Shown here: in pieces, positions 35,922 through 37,686 of the stretch
How positions within the stretch are numbered: the stretch's first letter is position 1
Layout of the letters: the number at the start of each line of letters is the position of its first letter
Assembly: GCA_035536515.1 (NCBI GenBank)
Contig: DATLOA010000194.1
Span: forward strand, 1-37,686
Length of the DNA stretch: 37,686 nucleotides
From: Burkholderiaceae bacterium
Lineage (GTDB): Bacteria > Pseudomonadota > Gammaproteobacteria > Burkholderiales > Burkholderiaceae_F
Direction of reading: 5' to 3'
The notes under the pieces: model-generated
The model's database searches: none
What the model saw: the letters and a program-made list of their open reading frames with translations, nothing else
What the model was told of the DNA's origin: nothing
Program-made: the position numbers and the translations under genes

Positions 35922-36836
35922 ATGATGACCTTTCAGGACACCATTTTGCGGCTGCAAAAGTACTGGGGCGAGCAGGGCTGCGCGCTCCTGCAGCCCCTCG
36001 ATCTCGAAGTCGGTGCCGGTACGTCGCATCCGGCGACGTTTCTGCGCGCAATCGGCCCCGAGCCGTGGCGTGCGGCGTACGTGCAGCCCTCGCGTCGGCC
36101 GAAAGATGCACGCTACGGCGAAAATCCGAATCGATTGCATCAGCATCATCAGTTTCAGGTCGTGCTGAAGCCGTCGCCGACCGACATCCTCGACGTTTAT
36201 CTCGGCTCGCTGGCGGCACTCGGCATCGATCCGCTGGTCAACGACATCCGCTTCGTTGAAGACAACTGGGAGAACCCGACGCTGGGCGCGTGGGGACTTG
36301 GCTGGGAAGTGTGGATGAACGGCATGGAGATCACGCAGTTCACATACTTCCAGCAAGTGGGCGGACTCGAATGCAAGCCGATCACCGGCGAGATTACGTA
36401 CGGCATCGAGCGTCTGGCAATGTACCTGCAGAACGTCGACAACATCTACGATCTCGAGTACTGCGTGTGGCGCGATCACCGCGCGCAGCGCTCGCTGCGC
36501 TACGGAGATGTCTTTCACCAGAATGAGGTCGAGCAGAGCCGCTATAACTTCGAAGCCAGCGCCCCCAAAGTGTTGCTCGCCGAATTCAATCTGTTCGAAG
36601 CCGAGGCGAAGCGGCTGATGGATGCCGAACTCGCACTGCCGGCGTACGAGATGGTGCTGAAGTGTGGGCATGCATTTAACTTGCTCGACGCGCGCGGCGC
36701 AATCAGCGTTACCGAGCGCGCGGCCTATATTGGCCGCATCAGAACGCTGTCTCGTCTGGTCGCGCAAAGCTACTACGACTCGCGCGAGCGCCTCGGCTTT
36801 CCGATGCTCGACACAGCGGTCAAGGTTGAGGCGTGA
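35922..36836 (+). CDS. glyQ: glycine--tRNA ligase alpha subunit
   Basis: [42 protein letters not shown] is nearly invariant GlyQ sequence. Confidence 0.97.
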   Translation: MMTFQDTILRLQKYWGEQGCALLQPLDLEVGAGTSHPATFLRAIGPEPWRAAYVQPSRRPKDARYGENPNRLHQHHQFQVVLKPSPTDILDVYLGSLAALGIDPLVNDIRFVEDNWENPTLGAWGLGWEVWMNGMEITQFTYFQQVGGLECKPITGEITYGIERLAMYLQNVDNIYDLEYCVWRDHRAQRSLRYGDVFHQNEVEQSRYNFEASAPKVLLAEFNLFEAEAKRLMDAELALPAYEMVLKCGHAFNLLDARGAISVTERAAYIGRIRTLSRLVAQSYYDSRERLGFPMLDTAVKVEA

Positions 36837-37686
36837 CGGCGTCGCTGCTCGTCGAAATTCAAACCGAGGAGCTGCCTCCGAAAGCGCTGAAGGCTTTGTG
36901 CGGGGCGTTCGCATCGGGTATCGAAAGCGGGTTGCGCGCCCGCGGATTGGTGTCCGACCAGAGTGTGATGACTGTGTATGGAACGCCACGCAGGCTCGCG
37001 GTTTACCTGACGCACGTTGCCAAGAAATCAACCGACACGTCGTTTCGCCAGAAACTGTTGCCGGTTTCGATCGGGCTTGACGACAAAGGCAAAGCGACGC
37101 CTGCGCTACAAAAAAAACTCGCCGCCCTCGGTGTCGAAGTCGAAGTCAAGAAACTGAAGCGCGAAAGCGACGGCAAGCAGGAAGTTCTGGTCTATGAAGG
37201 GCACAAACCGGGCGAGCTGCTGATTGCCGTGCTGCAGCCGGTGATTGAGGCGACGATCGCGGCGCTGCCGGTTCCGAAGATGATGAGCTACCAGCTTTTC
37301 GACGGCGAAACGACCACGAGATTCGTACGTCCCGCTCACCACTTGATTGCAATGCACGGGCACGCGGTCGTCCCGGTGCACGCATTGGGACTGCAGTCGG
37401 GAACCAAGACGCAAGGCCATCGATTTCTCGCGCCCGGCATCTTGACCGTGCTCGCGCCCGAGATGTACTCAGAGCAATTGCTGGACGAGGGGTATGTAAT
37501 TGCGTCGTTCGAAGAGCGGCGCGCGAAGATCGAATCGCTGCTGCTCGCAGAGGCGCGCAAGCATGATGCGCTGCCGGTCGTTCCTGCCGATCTGCTTGAC
37601 GAAGTCACTGCGCTCGTCGAGTGGCCGGTGGTTTACGCATCGACGTTCGACGCGGAGTATTTGTCGGTGCCGCCCGAGTGCCTGCT
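36833..37686 (+). CDS. glyS: glycine--tRNA ligase beta subunit; partial, runs off the right edge
   Basis: It is absent from the ORF track because there is no stop in the window. The GTG at 36833 overlaps the glyQ TGA (GTGA). Hand translation gives [21 protein letters not shown]...RRLAV, the typical GlyS N-terminus, and the frame stays open to 37686. Confidence 0.92.
   Translation, partial: MTASLLVEIQTEELPPKALKALCGAFASGIESGLRARGLVSDQSVMTVYGTPRRLAVYLTHVAKKSTDTSFRQKLLPVSIGLDDKGKATPALQKKLAALGVEVEVKKLKRESDGKQEVLVYEGHKPGELLIAVLQPVIEATIAALPVPKMMSYQLFDGETTTRFVRPAHHLIAMHGHAVVPVHALGLQSGTKTQGHRFLAPGILTVLAPEMYSEQLLDEGYVIASFEERRAKIESLLLAEARKHDALPVVPADLLDEVTALVEWPVVYASTFDAEYLSVPPECL

Noticed and set aside
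35514-37031. 505-aa minus-strand ORF antisense to lnt and glyQ.
   Set aside because: It lies opposite two strongly conserved genes whose translations carry unmistakable family motifs. Its own translation is Arg/Ala-rich and low-complexity, with no recognisable motif. Long stop-free antisense frames like this are expected in a high-GC genome.
1-37686. CRISPR arrays, IS elements, prophage or defence-system genes.
   Set aside because: There are no direct-repeat/spacer arrays and no transposase, integrase or phage-like translations in the six-frame track. Every gap larger than about 130 nt is accounted for by a recognisable gene.

Overview
This is a 37.7-kb window from a high-GC Gram-negative genome. 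The housekeeping gene order looks Burkholderiaceae-like: miaB ... phoH-ybeY-corC-lnt-glyQ-glyS, and a pcm-like/rhodanese/tolC trio beside waaA-waaC. That taxonomic reading comes from remembered synteny, not from a search. I count 34 protein-coding genes (two cut by the window edges) and one tRNA(CAT). Coding density is very high. I see no CRISPR array, transposase, integrase or phage gene.

The window falls into three blocks:
- Block 1 (1-14251, minus strand) is a tightly packed, partly translationally coupled 12-gene operon. In transcription order it encodes rfbC, a flippase-like membrane protein, a GT2 fused to a degenerate methyltransferase-like domain, a methyltransferase, an MBOAT, a membrane-anchored GDS-motif partner, a methyltransferase, AsnB, a GtrB/ArnC-like GT2, a methyltransferase, a 686-aa GT-C-like membrane protein, and a second AsnB.
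- Block 2 (14340-23434) holds nucleotide-sugar and LPS-core genes: fcl, rfbA, rfbD, manC, manB, galE, waaC and waaA.
- Block 3 (23355-37686) is housekeeping: tolC, rhodanese, pcm-like, thiD, tRNA, a small lipoprotein, miaB, a large lipoprotein metzincin, phoH, ybeY, corC, lnt, glyQ and glyS.

The best candidate for an undescribed system is block 1. It has the parts of a periplasmic (post-export) glycan or lipid decoration machine plus amidation, methylation and O-acylation enzymes. No polymerase, exporter, ligase or initiating transferase is present anywhere in the window.

All product calls rest on motifs I recognise in the supplied translations and on my own hand translations. No database search was possible.
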